A stretch of DNA of 38,660 nt from a virus (Duplodnaviria > Heunggongvirae > Uroviricota > Caudoviricetes): IMG/VR virus record IMGVR_UViG_3300034091_000309. One strand, 5' to 3'. Position 1 is the stretch's first letter. Every line of letters begins with the position of its first letter. Positions 17,345-26,452 of the stretch are shown here, piece after piece. The position numbers and the translations under genes are program-made. Below the pieces are notes generated by a model. The model made no database searches and was not told the DNA's origin. It saw only the letters and a list, made by a program, of their open reading frames with translations.

Positions 17345-18361
17345 ATGCCGACAGTTCAAGATATTTTGAAGCAATCCGGTCTGAGCGACGAGGCCATCGC
17401 GGCCCTCGACGCCAAGGCGATCAACGCCTTCGGCGGTTTGCTGACGACGGCCGAGCAGAAGGAAGCAGCAGCGCGGCAGGCTGCGGAAAAGGCCGAGCAG
17501 GAACGCCAAGCCATTCAGCAGGCGCAGCAAAAGATGGAGCAAGAGGCGGCAGCGGCGAAGGCCGCGCAAGAAGCGGCCGAAATTGCGGAGCGCTCTAACA
17601 AAAAGTTCTATGACGAAAGCATCGCGCCGGCGCTGAACAACTGGGGCACGGAGAAGGCAAATCTGGATGCCCAGGTAGCCTTCTACCGGGCGCAGAACGA
17701 GGCAGCGCGGGCTGCGGGATTCGTTCCTGCCGAGGCGCCGGGCTATGTGCCGCAAAACAACCAACCGCAGAATGGACAACCACCGAACAATCAGATGCGC
17801 GATGCGCAAGGCCGTTATGTGACCAATGCGCCGGGCGCGACACCGGGTAGCCCAACCTTCACCATGGAGGCCATCGACCAGCGGTTGGGCTCGGGGATCA
17901 GCAACGTGGGATGGGCGATCCAGGAGTACCAGAGATTGACCGGACAGTTTTTACCCGACTCCTTCGACAAGCTGGTGGAGGAAGCGAACAACGCCCGGTT
18001 GCCCTTCCGCGATTATGTGGCCCGGAAGTACGACTTTGCCGGCAAGCAGGCGGAGATCACGCGCAAGGCGGCGGAGGAACACGATGCCAAGGTGAGGGCA
18101 GAAGCGGTGGCGCCCTACGAAACGAAGCTGGCGGAAGCGGCCAAGGCCAAAGAGGAAGCGGTCAAGGCGAAGGAACGCGAGTGGGCGGAGAAGATCGGCA
18201 GCAATCCCGAGGTGCGGATTGCGCAGCCGTCAAGATTTGCGGACGTGGCCCGCGCGGTGAAGGACAAGCAGAGGCCCGACCCGTTGGATTTGAACGAAGC
18301 GCAGCGCCGGCAGGCGACCTCGCAGGCGATTCGCGCGGATATTGCAGAGCAGGCGGCGTAA
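17345..18361 (+). CDS. Putative capsid scaffolding protein
   Basis: A/E/K/Q-rich coiled coils, directly upstream of the MCP. Confidence 0.75.
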   Translation: MPTVQDILKQSGLSDEAIAALDAKAINAFGGLLTTAEQKEAAARQAAEKAEQERQAIQQAQQKMEQEAAAAKAAQEAAEIAERSNKKFYDESIAPALNNWGTEKANLDAQVAFYRAQNEAARAAGFVPAEAPGYVPQNNQPQNGQPPNNQMRDAQGRYVTNAPGATPGSPTFTMEAIDQRLGSGISNVGWAIQEYQRLTGQFLPDSFDKLVEEANNARLPFRDYVARKYDFAGKQAEITRKAAEEHDAKVRAEAVAPYETKLAEAAKAKEEAVKAKEREWAEKIGSNPEVRIAQPSRFADVARAVKDKQRPDPLDLNEAQRRQATSQAIRADIAEQAA

Positions 18362-18362
18362 G

Positions 18363-18394
18363 CCACCCCACGGACATGGACCTGTGCGTGGGGG
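18363..18394 (+). repeat. Hairpin repeat copy, followed by AGGGA(A/T)T x3
   Basis: ccaccccacggacatggacctgtgcgtggggg. Confidence 0.75.
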
Positions 18395-18465
18395 CTCCGG
18401 CGTAAGAGCAGGGATTAGGGAATAGGGAATAAAAAGCCCGATTTCCCGAAGTACAGATTTGACGT

Positions 18466-18535
18466 GAGCGACACGCCCCTCCTGGCGGAGAAGAAGCGAT
18501 GGCTCAAGACCGATGGCCTTGGGCCATCGCCATTA
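18466..18535 (+). promoter_or_regulatory. RNA switch-like leader, copy 3
   Basis: GAGCGACACGC-CTCC/GGAG-AAGAAGCGATGGCTCAAG-loop-CTTGGGCCATCGC. Confidence 0.75.
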
Positions 18536-18536
18536 G

Positions 18537-18571
18537 CACCCCAAAAACGAGGACCTGTTTTCGGGGACCCC
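18537..18571 (+). repeat. Hairpin repeat copy
   Basis: cacccc aaaaac gaggacct gttttc ggggaccc. Confidence 0.65.
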
Positions 18572-18598
18572 GTTACTTCAAAGCCAAGAAGGTGAACC

Positions 18599-19831
18599 GT
18601 GCCAACCGATCCGCTTTACAACGAAATAGACGCGAGTAACTTGGAGAGCGTCCGCAAGAACGTGGTCTTCAACAACCTGTTCGTGGACACTCCCTTCCAG
18701 GCCAAGCTCCGCAAAGCCGGCGTATGGGATGAGTTCCTGGGCGGCGCGGGCATGATGGAAGGCATCCTTTACGGGCGCACGCAGGGAGCCGCGGTGAATC
18801 CTGGCCAGACGGTGACCGTAACCCGCCAGCAAATCAACACCGGCATCAAGTTTCTGCCCAAGGCCTACGCCACTTGGTATCCGCTGGACGACTGGGAGAT
18901 GGACGACGGCTCTGGAACGGGCGGGGTCATCAACTCCGGCCCGACGCGGATCGTGGACGAGTACCAGCTCTTCATGGAGTGCATGGTGATGACCATGAAC
19001 ACCATGCAGGAGATGGATTCCTTCCGTCATGGACAGGCATCCTCGTCGACGGTTCTCGACAACCGTATCAAGACCATCAATGGTCTGGATGAGGCGCTGA
19101 CCAATGGCATCGATCCCTCAGTGTACGGCAACATCTACATCAACTACGGTGGTCAGGCCCGCAATGGCAACATCGGCGTTGCGTTGAACACGACGCCGAT
19201 CTACCTGGGCACATCCAGCGGGGCACCCGGCCAGATCGATTTTGCGGCCTTGATGCAGCTCTGGAGCCAGTGCAAGGTAGCGGGCGGGAATCCGACGCTG
19301 GGGATCACTAACGTCTTTGGCTTCAAGGCCGTGGCCGTGGCGCTGGATGCGCAGCGGCGGGATATCTCGAACACCAAGCATGACATCAAGTGGGACGGGC
19401 TGAACTTCAACGGCGTGGACATCTACGCCGATCCGCTGGCACCCTCGGCGCAGGCGGCGAACTTCATCGCGCTCGCCCCGGCGCAGGGTGCGGCCGGCAA
19501 CACGAACCTGACGGACGGCGTGGGATCGAGTACCCAGACGGTGGCTTTCACCACTCCGCAGTTCACCAAGTCCGGCGCCAACGTGACGGTTTCACCCACG
19601 GGCTCCAACCTGCCCTCGACCACCACCATTCAACCCAGCGAGGTTCTCTACTTCCTGGAGCCGGAGAGTTTCAAGATCCGGCCCACGAACAAGAAGGGCT
19701 GGAACTTTGGTCTGCGGCGCGCGCCGATGCCGAACAACGTCTCGATCGACGCTTTGTTCATGCGGCTGGGCACGAATTTGTATAACTGCCAGCCGCGGCA
19801 CAACTGCTACGCATTCGGCTTCACGGCGTAA
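18599..19831 (+). CDS. Major capsid protein
   Basis: 410 aa after the scaffold; NLESVRKNVVFNNLFVDTPFQAKL N-terminus, FNGVDIYAD and YFLEPESF resemble HK97-fold podovirus-type coats. Confidence 0.8.
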   Translation: MPTDPLYNEIDASNLESVRKNVVFNNLFVDTPFQAKLRKAGVWDEFLGGAGMMEGILYGRTQGAAVNPGQTVTVTRQQINTGIKFLPKAYATWYPLDDWEMDDGSGTGGVINSGPTRIVDEYQLFMECMVMTMNTMQEMDSFRHGQASSSTVLDNRIKTINGLDEALTNGIDPSVYGNIYINYGGQARNGNIGVALNTTPIYLGTSSGAPGQIDFAALMQLWSQCKVAGGNPTLGITNVFGFKAVAVALDAQRRDISNTKHDIKWDGLNFNGVDIYADPLAPSAQAANFIALAPAQGAAGNTNLTDGVGSSTQTVAFTTPQFTKSGANVTVSPTGSNLPSTTTIQPSEVLYFLEPESFKIRPTNKKGWNFGLRRAPMPNNVSIDALFMRLGTNLYNCQPRHNCYAFGFTA

Positions 19832-19834
19832 GGT

Positions 19835-19867
19835 CACCCCACGGACTTGGACCTGTCCGTGAGGACC
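19835..19867 (+). repeat. Hairpin repeat copy, followed by CAGCTTT/TAGCTAA heptamers
   Basis: caccccacggacttggacctgtccgtgaggacc. Confidence 0.75.
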
Positions 19868-19935
19868 GCGACGGCGTAAGAACAGCTTTCAGCTTTTAGC
19901 TAACAGCTAAAAGTTGCACTTCAAGGAGAAGGACG

Positions 19936-20763
19936 ATGCCGCAACAGCAAATAGTACCGACATGGCTTGCGTGGAACAACGCGAACTTCACTTCGCCGAC
20001 GGCGTTGACCGATCTGCGCACCGGGCAGCCCTTCGCGGCCGGCGGCCTCAACCTGGGCGACTACTTTGACGCGACGGAGCAGGAGGCCAACCAGGCTTCG
20101 TACACCACCAACGGACTGCTGCATTCGGGGCGCTATCGGTTTGTGCAGGTAGCAGCGGCTGCAAATACCAGCTATGTAAAAACAGGCTGGATTGGATACA
20201 TGGCGCAAGGCAGTTCTGTCCAGTCGATTTCGGTTGCCACGCAAGGCTCTGGTCAGACGCTCGGCACTTATGTAGTGACTGCCTCGGGCGGAGGCAGCCC
20301 AACGGCACAGGCAACGATTCAGGTGATCGTAACCGCAGCGAACGCGATCACGGTAACACTGCTGACACCGGGTTCTGGCTATACCTCAGTTCCGACCTTC
20401 ACTTTGGCGACTGGCGGCACTCCGGGCACCGTTGTTGCGAACATGTTTTACACGCCGAACATCGTGACGGATTACAACACGCCAGCGGCGGTGGGATTGC
20501 GATCGATTGTATACCTCAACTCGATCACGCCGGGCAACTACGGATTTGTGCAGGAACTCGGCATGGCGACAGTTCTTGGAAAAGCATCGAATTTCACCGG
20601 GTCGGCTGCGGTGGGCGCAGCAATTGGCGGAAACAGCGGCTTGGCCGATGTGCAAACCGGAACGCCGGCAGTGACGACGGCAACGGTGGGAACGGCGATT
20701 GATCTTCCGGTCATCTCGACACTCTTCCGGATTTTCATGACGACGCCGGTTCTTCAGGACTAA
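19936..20763 (+). CDS. Putative capsid decoration/cement protein
   Basis: Immediately follows the MCP; beta-rich; contains a GSGYTSVP-type insertion. Confidence 0.6.
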   Translation: MPQQQIVPTWLAWNNANFTSPTALTDLRTGQPFAAGGLNLGDYFDATEQEANQASYTTNGLLHSGRYRFVQVAAAANTSYVKTGWIGYMAQGSSVQSISVATQGSGQTLGTYVVTASGGGSPTAQATIQVIVTAANAITVTLLTPGSGYTSVPTFTLATGGTPGTVVANMFYTPNIVTDYNTPAAVGLRSIVYLNSITPGNYGFVQELGMATVLGKASNFTGSAAVGAAIGGNSGLADVQTGTPAVTTATVGTAIDLPVISTLFRIFMTTPVLQD

Positions 20764-20814
20764 GACTCTCCGAGCGGCGGCGAGTCGCCGCCCGGAACGC
20801 AGCAAGGAGCGGCA

Positions 20815-22029
20815 ATGAATCTCACACTTCTCAAGGGCTATCCGGATTTCATCGGCAAGCGGCAGGCATGGGCCGGTTACGGCAATGGCCCGTCGTCTTA
20901 CGTGGCCGGCGGTGATCCGATTGTGCTTCCGCAGTATGGCGGCTACATCGATGCCGTCTTTGGCCCAGTGTACTCGGTGAGCGGCAACTATCTGGTCACG
21001 CCGATTCCTTCGGGCGCAGGACCGCGGCAGACATGGAAGCTGAAGTGGAGCCCGGCGCAGCTTGCCGGCACGCCGCTTGTTCTGGGTCCCACGCAGGCTG
21101 TGACCAAGACGCAATGGGCCGAGAGCGGTGTCACCGGCACGATTACCGCCGCCAATACGCTCTCTCCCGGCCAATTCGTGATGCTGAACAGTTTCACTTC
21201 CAGCCACCTGATCTTCATGAACGGGCAGATTGTGGAAGTGGCCAGCGCGACTTCATCCTCCTTTACTTTCTTGTGGGGTCCGGCGGGCGCGAACGGCACG
21301 GTGGCGTTCTCCAATGTTGCACAAGCTAACGACGCGGGAACCTTCCAAGTTCTGCAGAGCGCGAACGGCCTTCCGGTGCAGCTCTCGACCCTGACGGGAA
21401 CTTCCAATGTGGCGACCATTACCGGTTGCGCCGTCACAGGCGGTCTTCTGACGGTTACCGCCACCAACAACTTTTCGGTGGGAAACTTCGTTTACATTGC
21501 TGGGACGGCGGCCAACGAAGTGACGCTGGGCATTTGGGGCCAGATTCTCAGCGCAACCAGCAGCGCCTTCACCATGGCCACGCAATGCAAGAACGTGAGC
21601 AACGCCAGCGACAGCGGCACGGCTACGCTGATGGTAACAGGCAACAATCAGCCGATCAGCACGGGAACTCCAGTTCCGGTCTACGGCTCAACCATTGCCG
21701 CATCGATCGTATCCACTTCTGCCGCGGGTACGATTACCCTGCCAGCCTATCAGAACTGGAATGTGAACAACCTGTTCATCGTTCAAGGGTTGACATTTGG
21801 CGGGACAATTGACGGTTCGGTGGCCCAGGTCACGAGCAGCAGTTTGAGCAATGTGCTTATCAATGCAACAACTTTTATTGGTGTCGCCGTGATCACAGGC
21901 ACATTGGGATTCGGCACCGCCGCGCTGCTTACCGTCGGAGGACCCAGCACGACGTATGGAGAGATGCCTGCGGGAACGAATCTATCTGGGGAGCAGGTGC
22001 AGATCGGGGGATTTGGAGGGCAGTTCTAA
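20815..22029 (+). CDS. Virion structural protein with three inserted beta-sandwich repeats
   Basis: Repeats LSPGQFVMLNSF, FSVGNFVYIAGT and WNVNNLFIVQGL. Confidence 0.65.
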   Translation: MNLTLLKGYPDFIGKRQAWAGYGNGPSSYVAGGDPIVLPQYGGYIDAVFGPVYSVSGNYLVTPIPSGAGPRQTWKLKWSPAQLAGTPLVLGPTQAVTKTQWAESGVTGTITAANTLSPGQFVMLNSFTSSHLIFMNGQIVEVASATSSSFTFLWGPAGANGTVAFSNVAQANDAGTFQVLQSANGLPVQLSTLTGTSNVATITGCAVTGGLLTVTATNNFSVGNFVYIAGTAANEVTLGIWGQILSATSSAFTMATQCKNVSNASDSGTATLMVTGNNQPISTGTPVPVYGSTIAASIVSTSAAGTITLPAYQNWNVNNLFIVQGLTFGGTIDGSVAQVTSSSLSNVLINATTFIGVAVITGTLGFGTAALLTVGGPSTTYGEMPAGTNLSGEQVQIGGFGGQF

Positions 22030-22121
22030 CAGTAGGGGACAGTGAACAGCCGACAGTGAACAGTAAAAGCCCGGAACTGACCACTGTCCAATGGCGTCTT
22101 TCTCCCGGAAGACAAACCACT

Positions 22122-22156
22122 ACGCCTCTTGCGGGGAAACTCGCAGGAGGCGTTTT
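22122..22156 (+). terminator. Strong GAAA-tetraloop hairpin, possible terminator or part of a larger RNA
   Basis: acgcctcttgcggg-gaaa-ctcgcaggaggcgt-ttt, 14 bp including G-U pairs. Confidence 0.6.
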
Positions 22157-22226
22157 GGTTAGGGGATTGATGGTCCGGGCAATCGCGCCTTCGGCGCAGA
22201 AAGATTTTGAAGCAAGGTGGTGGCAG

Positions 22227-23240
22227 ATGGCGCTGGTGAACATGCGGCAGGAACTGTTGGGGATTCCCGGAGTCAACTTCGGCTTGGCTACCACCAAGAT
22301 CAACGAGGCCCTGGCCGCGATCCAGAACGAGAACGTTTGGAGCTTCCAATTGAGCGACGGCGGGTGGCTGACGCCGGGATTGTTGGGAGGAGCCACGAGT
22401 TCGTTCCTGAGTCCGGGCACGATCACCGTCACGCCCTTCACTTCGACCGTTACTGGAGACGCGACGGCCTCGGCGGCGTGGTCGACGTTCATCCTGAATC
22501 CGCCGCTGCTCACGCAGCAACAGATCCGGGTTCCTTATTACTCGCTGTACTCGATCATCGCTGCGAACGCAACCAATCCCAACGCTATCGTGCTGACGCT
22601 GGACCGGCCGTGGATGGAGCCCGCGCAGACTCTCGGGACATACATGATCTACCAGGCTTACTATCCGGCGCCGGCGGCCTTCAAACGCTGGTACGCGATC
22701 CGCGACACCACCAACAACAACGAGATGGACTGGTGGACGAAGACGGAGATCGATTTGGCCAAGGAGGATGCAGAGAGGACGAACTTCGAGGAGCCGCTCT
22801 ACGTGGTGCCTTACAAGATGGACACCAGGGCCGGGTCGGCCACGTTGGGACAGATGCTCTTCGAGTTATGGCCGCATCCGATCACGCAACTCCCCTACAC
22901 CTTTAGTTGCCAGACGAACTGGCCGCCACTGCAAAACCCTTCCGACACGGTGCCGTATCCGCTGACTGAGGAAGTGGTGAAGCTGCGGGCTTACGAAATG
23001 CTCTACCTGTGGAAGGAGTCGCAAAAGGGCGACGAGATGGAGCGCGGATCGGGCAGCAACTGGCAGTTTTTGCTGGGCGCGGCGCGGGCCGAGTACAGCG
23101 ACCGGCTGAAGCGGATACGGATCATGGACAGGCACCTAGTGGATCTCTACTTCACCAAGATGCAGAGAGAGCCTATGGCCTTCGGTGAGCCGTACATGAC
23201 AGTGGAAAGCCAACTCAACGTCGGCGGATGGGGAGAATAA
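22227..23240 (+). CDS. Putative head-to-tail adaptor
   Basis: ATG at 22227 after aaggtgg; KINEALAAI N-terminal helix, ELWPHP and C-terminal helices are typical of adaptor proteins. Confidence 0.55.
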   Translation: MALVNMRQELLGIPGVNFGLATTKINEALAAIQNENVWSFQLSDGGWLTPGLLGGATSSFLSPGTITVTPFTSTVTGDATASAAWSTFILNPPLLTQQQIRVPYYSLYSIIAANATNPNAIVLTLDRPWMEPAQTLGTYMIYQAYYPAPAAFKRWYAIRDTTNNNEMDWWTKTEIDLAKEDAERTNFEEPLYVVPYKMDTRAGSATLGQMLFELWPHPITQLPYTFSCQTNWPPLQNPSDTVPYPLTEEVVKLRAYEMLYLWKESQKGDEMERGSGSNWQFLLGAARAEYSDRLKRIRIMDRHLVDLYFTKMQREPMAFGEPYMTVESQLNVGGWGE

Positions 23241-23242
23241 TC

Positions 23243-23276
23243 GCCCCCTTGACGTGGACTTGTCGCCGGAGACCCC
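23243..23276 (+). repeat. Degenerate hairpin repeat copy
   Basis: gacgtggacttgtcgccggagacccc. Confidence 0.5.
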
Positions 23277-23291
23277 GAAAGGAGACGCACG

Positions 23292-23681
23292 ATGCCGAAC
23301 TACACAAACGGTTCGCAAGCAACGTTATGGCGCGAGAATCAACAGCCGTTTTTCTGGAACAACGAGACAGTCGCCACCGGCACACTGAGCATTGCCTATC
23401 AGATGGCGCGGATAAACCGGACGTTCTATCCGTGGGGGATCTCCTTTGAAGTGATTTTCTCTGGCAATCCAGGGACCTTTGAAGTGGACATCATGGCGGC
23501 GAACAACGATCTCAAGGCGAATTTTGTGCAGATCGGCAACATCACCGTGACCAATAACGCAACCTCTGGAGCTTATGTAGGCCGGTGGGATATGCCCAGC
23601 AATATGTGGCCCAAATACGTGGCTGGCTATCTGAAGACGCTGACCAATTCGGTGAACGTGACCTTGCAGGGGACGCGATGA
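23292..23681 (+). CDS. Hypothetical beta-rich virion protein
   Basis: 129 aa, SD aaggag. Confidence 0.75.
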   Translation: MPNYTNGSQATLWRENQQPFFWNNETVATGTLSIAYQMARINRTFYPWGISFEVIFSGNPGTFEVDIMAANNDLKANFVQIGNITVTNNATSGAYVGRWDMPSNMWPKYVAGYLKTLTNSVNVTLQGTR

Positions 23682-23682
23682 A

Positions 23683-23718
23683 CCACCCCAGCGACGAAGA
23701 CCTATCGCCGGGGAGCCC
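23683..23718 (+). repeat. Hairpin repeat copy
   Basis: ccaccccagcgacgaagacctatcgccggggagccc. Confidence 0.7.
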
Positions 23719-23746
23719 GGCACGGAGTAGGGAAGGGGCAGAGGCA

Positions 23747-25327
23747 ATGAAGTATCGGATTCTGATTTTGGCATGGGCGTTTTTGGCGACGACTGCAGGA
23801 GCCGCAGGACAATCCGGGAACCTTGTGCCGCAGGGAGGCTACTGTCTGTACGCGGGCACATGGATTCCGGTCGCTTCATCGACGGGCGCTGCGGCGCCGG
23901 AGAGTTATCCGCAAGTTGCCTTATACGGACTCAACGGAACGACTTGGTATCCGCTGGCCTGCGACGCCAACGGCAACCTGATTCCCGGCGGTGCGGCGGG
24001 CGGCGACCTGAGCGGTACCTACCCGAACCCGACCGTAATCGGCCTGGAAGGAATCGCACTGCCGGCGCTGGCCGCGAACACCGGTCTGCTGTATGACGCC
24101 AATGGAGTGCTGAGTCTGCCTTCCACGCTCCCGACAGCGGAAATGCCCGCGCTGACAGGCGACCTCAGCGGCGTGGCCGGATATCTGAGCGTGAATGTCA
24201 CAGGACTCTCGCACGTCACGAACGCGGCTATCCCCGTGATGGTGAGTGCGCCTTCCGTAATGGTTTCCGCAATCAGCGCCGGTTCCATTGTCGATAACAC
24301 ACAGTTTTCGCTAGGCTCCCTCGGGATCTTCAATCCAACAGCGATGCCGGTGACGACGGCGCTGGCCAACCCGGCAAATCTGAATGGCCTGGCCACCAAC
24401 AATATCGGCCAAGCGGTGGCGCAGACGGCGCACAACTCCTCGGCGATCCGGGACTGCGTAACGACCAACAGCTCTAATGCCTACAGTTGCTTAACGACAC
24501 CGAGTTTTACTCCATCGGCTGGAGATACGATCCAGGCGAACTTCAACGCGCTGAATACCGGCGTAGCCACGCTGAGCGTCAATGGGGGTTCAGCTTATCC
24601 GATTTACAAAAATGGTGGAACATCGTTGCTGGCGTCGGGCGATTTGCAGCCGAACCACTGGGCCTCGCTGATTCTGGATTCCAATAACCACTGGCAGATT
24701 GAAGGTCAGTTGGGGCAGGTGATCGCCACGCAGGTCAATGTGACGACCATTGTGGACCAGAGCAACTTCCCGCTGGCGCAACTCGGCATATTCAACCCTG
24801 CAGCGATCCCAGTAACAACGGCGCAGCCTAACCTCGCCAACCTAAGCGGGCTGGCCACGAATAATCTTGGCCAGGCGATTCCCGGAATACAGAAATATCA
24901 ACTGAAAAGCCAGTACAGCAACGCAACTGTCACGCCGACTCCAATCTGGAGTTTTCCGGTAAACGCATCGACAAACTACCACGTTGAGTGCCGGGGACGC
25001 TACAAGACGGCTTCGGGCGGCGCATTTGAATTAACGCTGACCGGACCCGTTACGCCGACCAATATCGGCTATACCTTCACACCGGAAGTGAACTTGGCCG
25101 CGAACGCAGGCACGTATCTGGATTACGAAGTTGGAGTTGCTACCACCTACCCGACCAGCATCAACACCACGGCGGTGACAGCGGCGGCGACGGACATGAG
25201 TTTTACGCTCATCGTTGATTTGAACAACAGCACTACGGCAGGAACGTTATCCATTCTGGGCAACACCATCTCAACCGACACGCTCAATGTGGAAATTGGT
25301 TCAACATGCTTTGTCATTCCGAACTAA
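23747..25327 (+). CDS. Fibre-like protein with signal peptide
   Basis: MKYRILILAWAFLATTAGA; GGDLSGTYPNP motif; tail-fibre-type domain NAYSC..NTGVATLSVNG..LASGDL; 43-aa internal repeat. Confidence 0.7.
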   Translation: MKYRILILAWAFLATTAGAAGQSGNLVPQGGYCLYAGTWIPVASSTGAAAPESYPQVALYGLNGTTWYPLACDANGNLIPGGAAGGDLSGTYPNPTVIGLEGIALPALAANTGLLYDANGVLSLPSTLPTAEMPALTGDLSGVAGYLSVNVTGLSHVTNAAIPVMVSAPSVMVSAISAGSIVDNTQFSLGSLGIFNPTAMPVTTALANPANLNGLATNNIGQAVAQTAHNSSAIRDCVTTNSSNAYSCLTTPSFTPSAGDTIQANFNALNTGVATLSVNGGSAYPIYKNGGTSLLASGDLQPNHWASLILDSNNHWQIEGQLGQVIATQVNVTTIVDQSNFPLAQLGIFNPAAIPVTTAQPNLANLSGLATNNLGQAIPGIQKYQLKSQYSNATVTPTPIWSFPVNASTNYHVECRGRYKTASGGAFELTLTGPVTPTNIGYTFTPEVNLAANAGTYLDYEVGVATTYPTSINTTAVTAAATDMSFTLIVDLNNSTTAGTLSILGNTISTDTLNVEIGSTCFVIPN

Positions 25328-25338
25328 GGAGAAGCGAA

Positions 25339-26145
25339 ATGAAGAAACTGACCTGGAAAACTCTACTTACAGGAGCGGCCACTCTTGGGCTGGTGTTCGC
25401 TTTTGGCGTCCATAACCAAGCCCCCATCGTGCACGCTCAAAATACGCCTCCTGTTCCATCACTTTCAGGCCAGTTCATTCTGCCGCAAGTGGACATCCAG
25501 GAGGATTTTCTGGGCCAAGCGCCGGGCACCAGCGCCAGGATCGGCGAGTATGGCTGGGATTCCACGGTCATCGTCGGCGGAACCAACCCGGTGGCGGCGA
25601 TTGCCTCCGTGTTAAACCACCCCGGCCTTATCACGTTGACCACAGACACGACTGCGACGCATGGAGTCAGCGTAACACTGGGGCCGGGATTTGGAGTGCT
25701 CTTTCCGGGCAACTCGACCAACTGGCAGGCCGAGTGGATCGTTTCTCCTAACCAAGTTGCAACTGGCAGCTACCGCATCGGCTTCGGCACGGTTGATACT
25801 GCTACCGCGATTCCGGCCAACGGTATCTACTTCCGCTTCCTGCAAGGCACCGACACGTATATTAACGCCTGCATGGATACAGCCTCTTCGGAAGTCGTCA
25901 CGGCAACCAGCATTGCTCCGTCGGCGGCCGATTGGCTGCATCTGACCATGAACAGTTCGGTCACCGGGACGGTGATCTTCACAGTGAAGGATGTGAACTC
26001 GGGAGCCACTTCAACGGTTTCCTTGGGCTCAGCACCCACAGTGGTGCTTTCGCCGATGTTCAACATTGCGGAGACTGGCAGCTCTGTGGCCGATGTGCTG
26101 ACGGTCGACTACTTCGGGTACGAGCAGCAGGGCGTGACGCGGTAA
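25339..26145 (+). CDS. Signal-peptide protein with ConA/lectin-like beta-sandwich
   Basis: SD aaggag; MKKLTWKTLLTGAATLGLVFAFG..VHA|Q; YRIGFG, GIYFRF, WLHLTM. Confidence 0.65.
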   Translation: MKKLTWKTLLTGAATLGLVFAFGVHNQAPIVHAQNTPPVPSLSGQFILPQVDIQEDFLGQAPGTSARIGEYGWDSTVIVGGTNPVAAIASVLNHPGLITLTTDTTATHGVSVTLGPGFGVLFPGNSTNWQAEWIVSPNQVATGSYRIGFGTVDTATAIPANGIYFRFLQGTDTYINACMDTASSEVVTATSIAPSAADWLHLTMNSSVTGTVIFTVKDVNSGATSTVSLGSAPTVVLSPMFNIAETGSSVADVLTVDYFGYEQQGVTR

Positions 26146-26155
26146 GGAGAATGCG

Positions 26156-26452
26156 ATGGGCGGATTCGGCGGAATCATGGGAATGATTTCAAAGATGGGC
26201 GGTAAGAGCGGTGGCGGCGGCGGCAGTGCCGGCATGGCGAAGAAACTTGCCCCAAAGAAGAGCGCACAGGAAAGCTCTGGTGACAACGGCGCAGCGGCTT
26301 CGCCATCCTCTTACCACCACGGCGGCAAAGTGCGCAGGACGGGCAAGGCAAAGGTCAGGAAGGGGGAGAGAATCCTGACCGCAAAACAGGACCGGAAGTA
26401 CAGAAAGATCAGCAAAAGTAAGTCCGCAGCAAGAAAGAGGTATGTGAAGTGA
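26156..26452 (+). CDS. Gly/Lys-rich basic protein, paralogue 1
   Basis: YHHGGKVRRTGKAKVRKGERILT motif; SD aaggag. Confidence 0.8.
   Translation: MGGFGGIMGMISKMGGKSGGGGGSAGMAKKLAPKKSAQESSGDNGAAASPSSYHHGGKVRRTGKAKVRKGERILTAKQDRKYRKISKSKSAARKRYVK

Noticed and set aside
18405-18432. TTAGGG telomere-like sequence
   Set aside because: There is only one exact unit, within an AGGGAAT heptamer run
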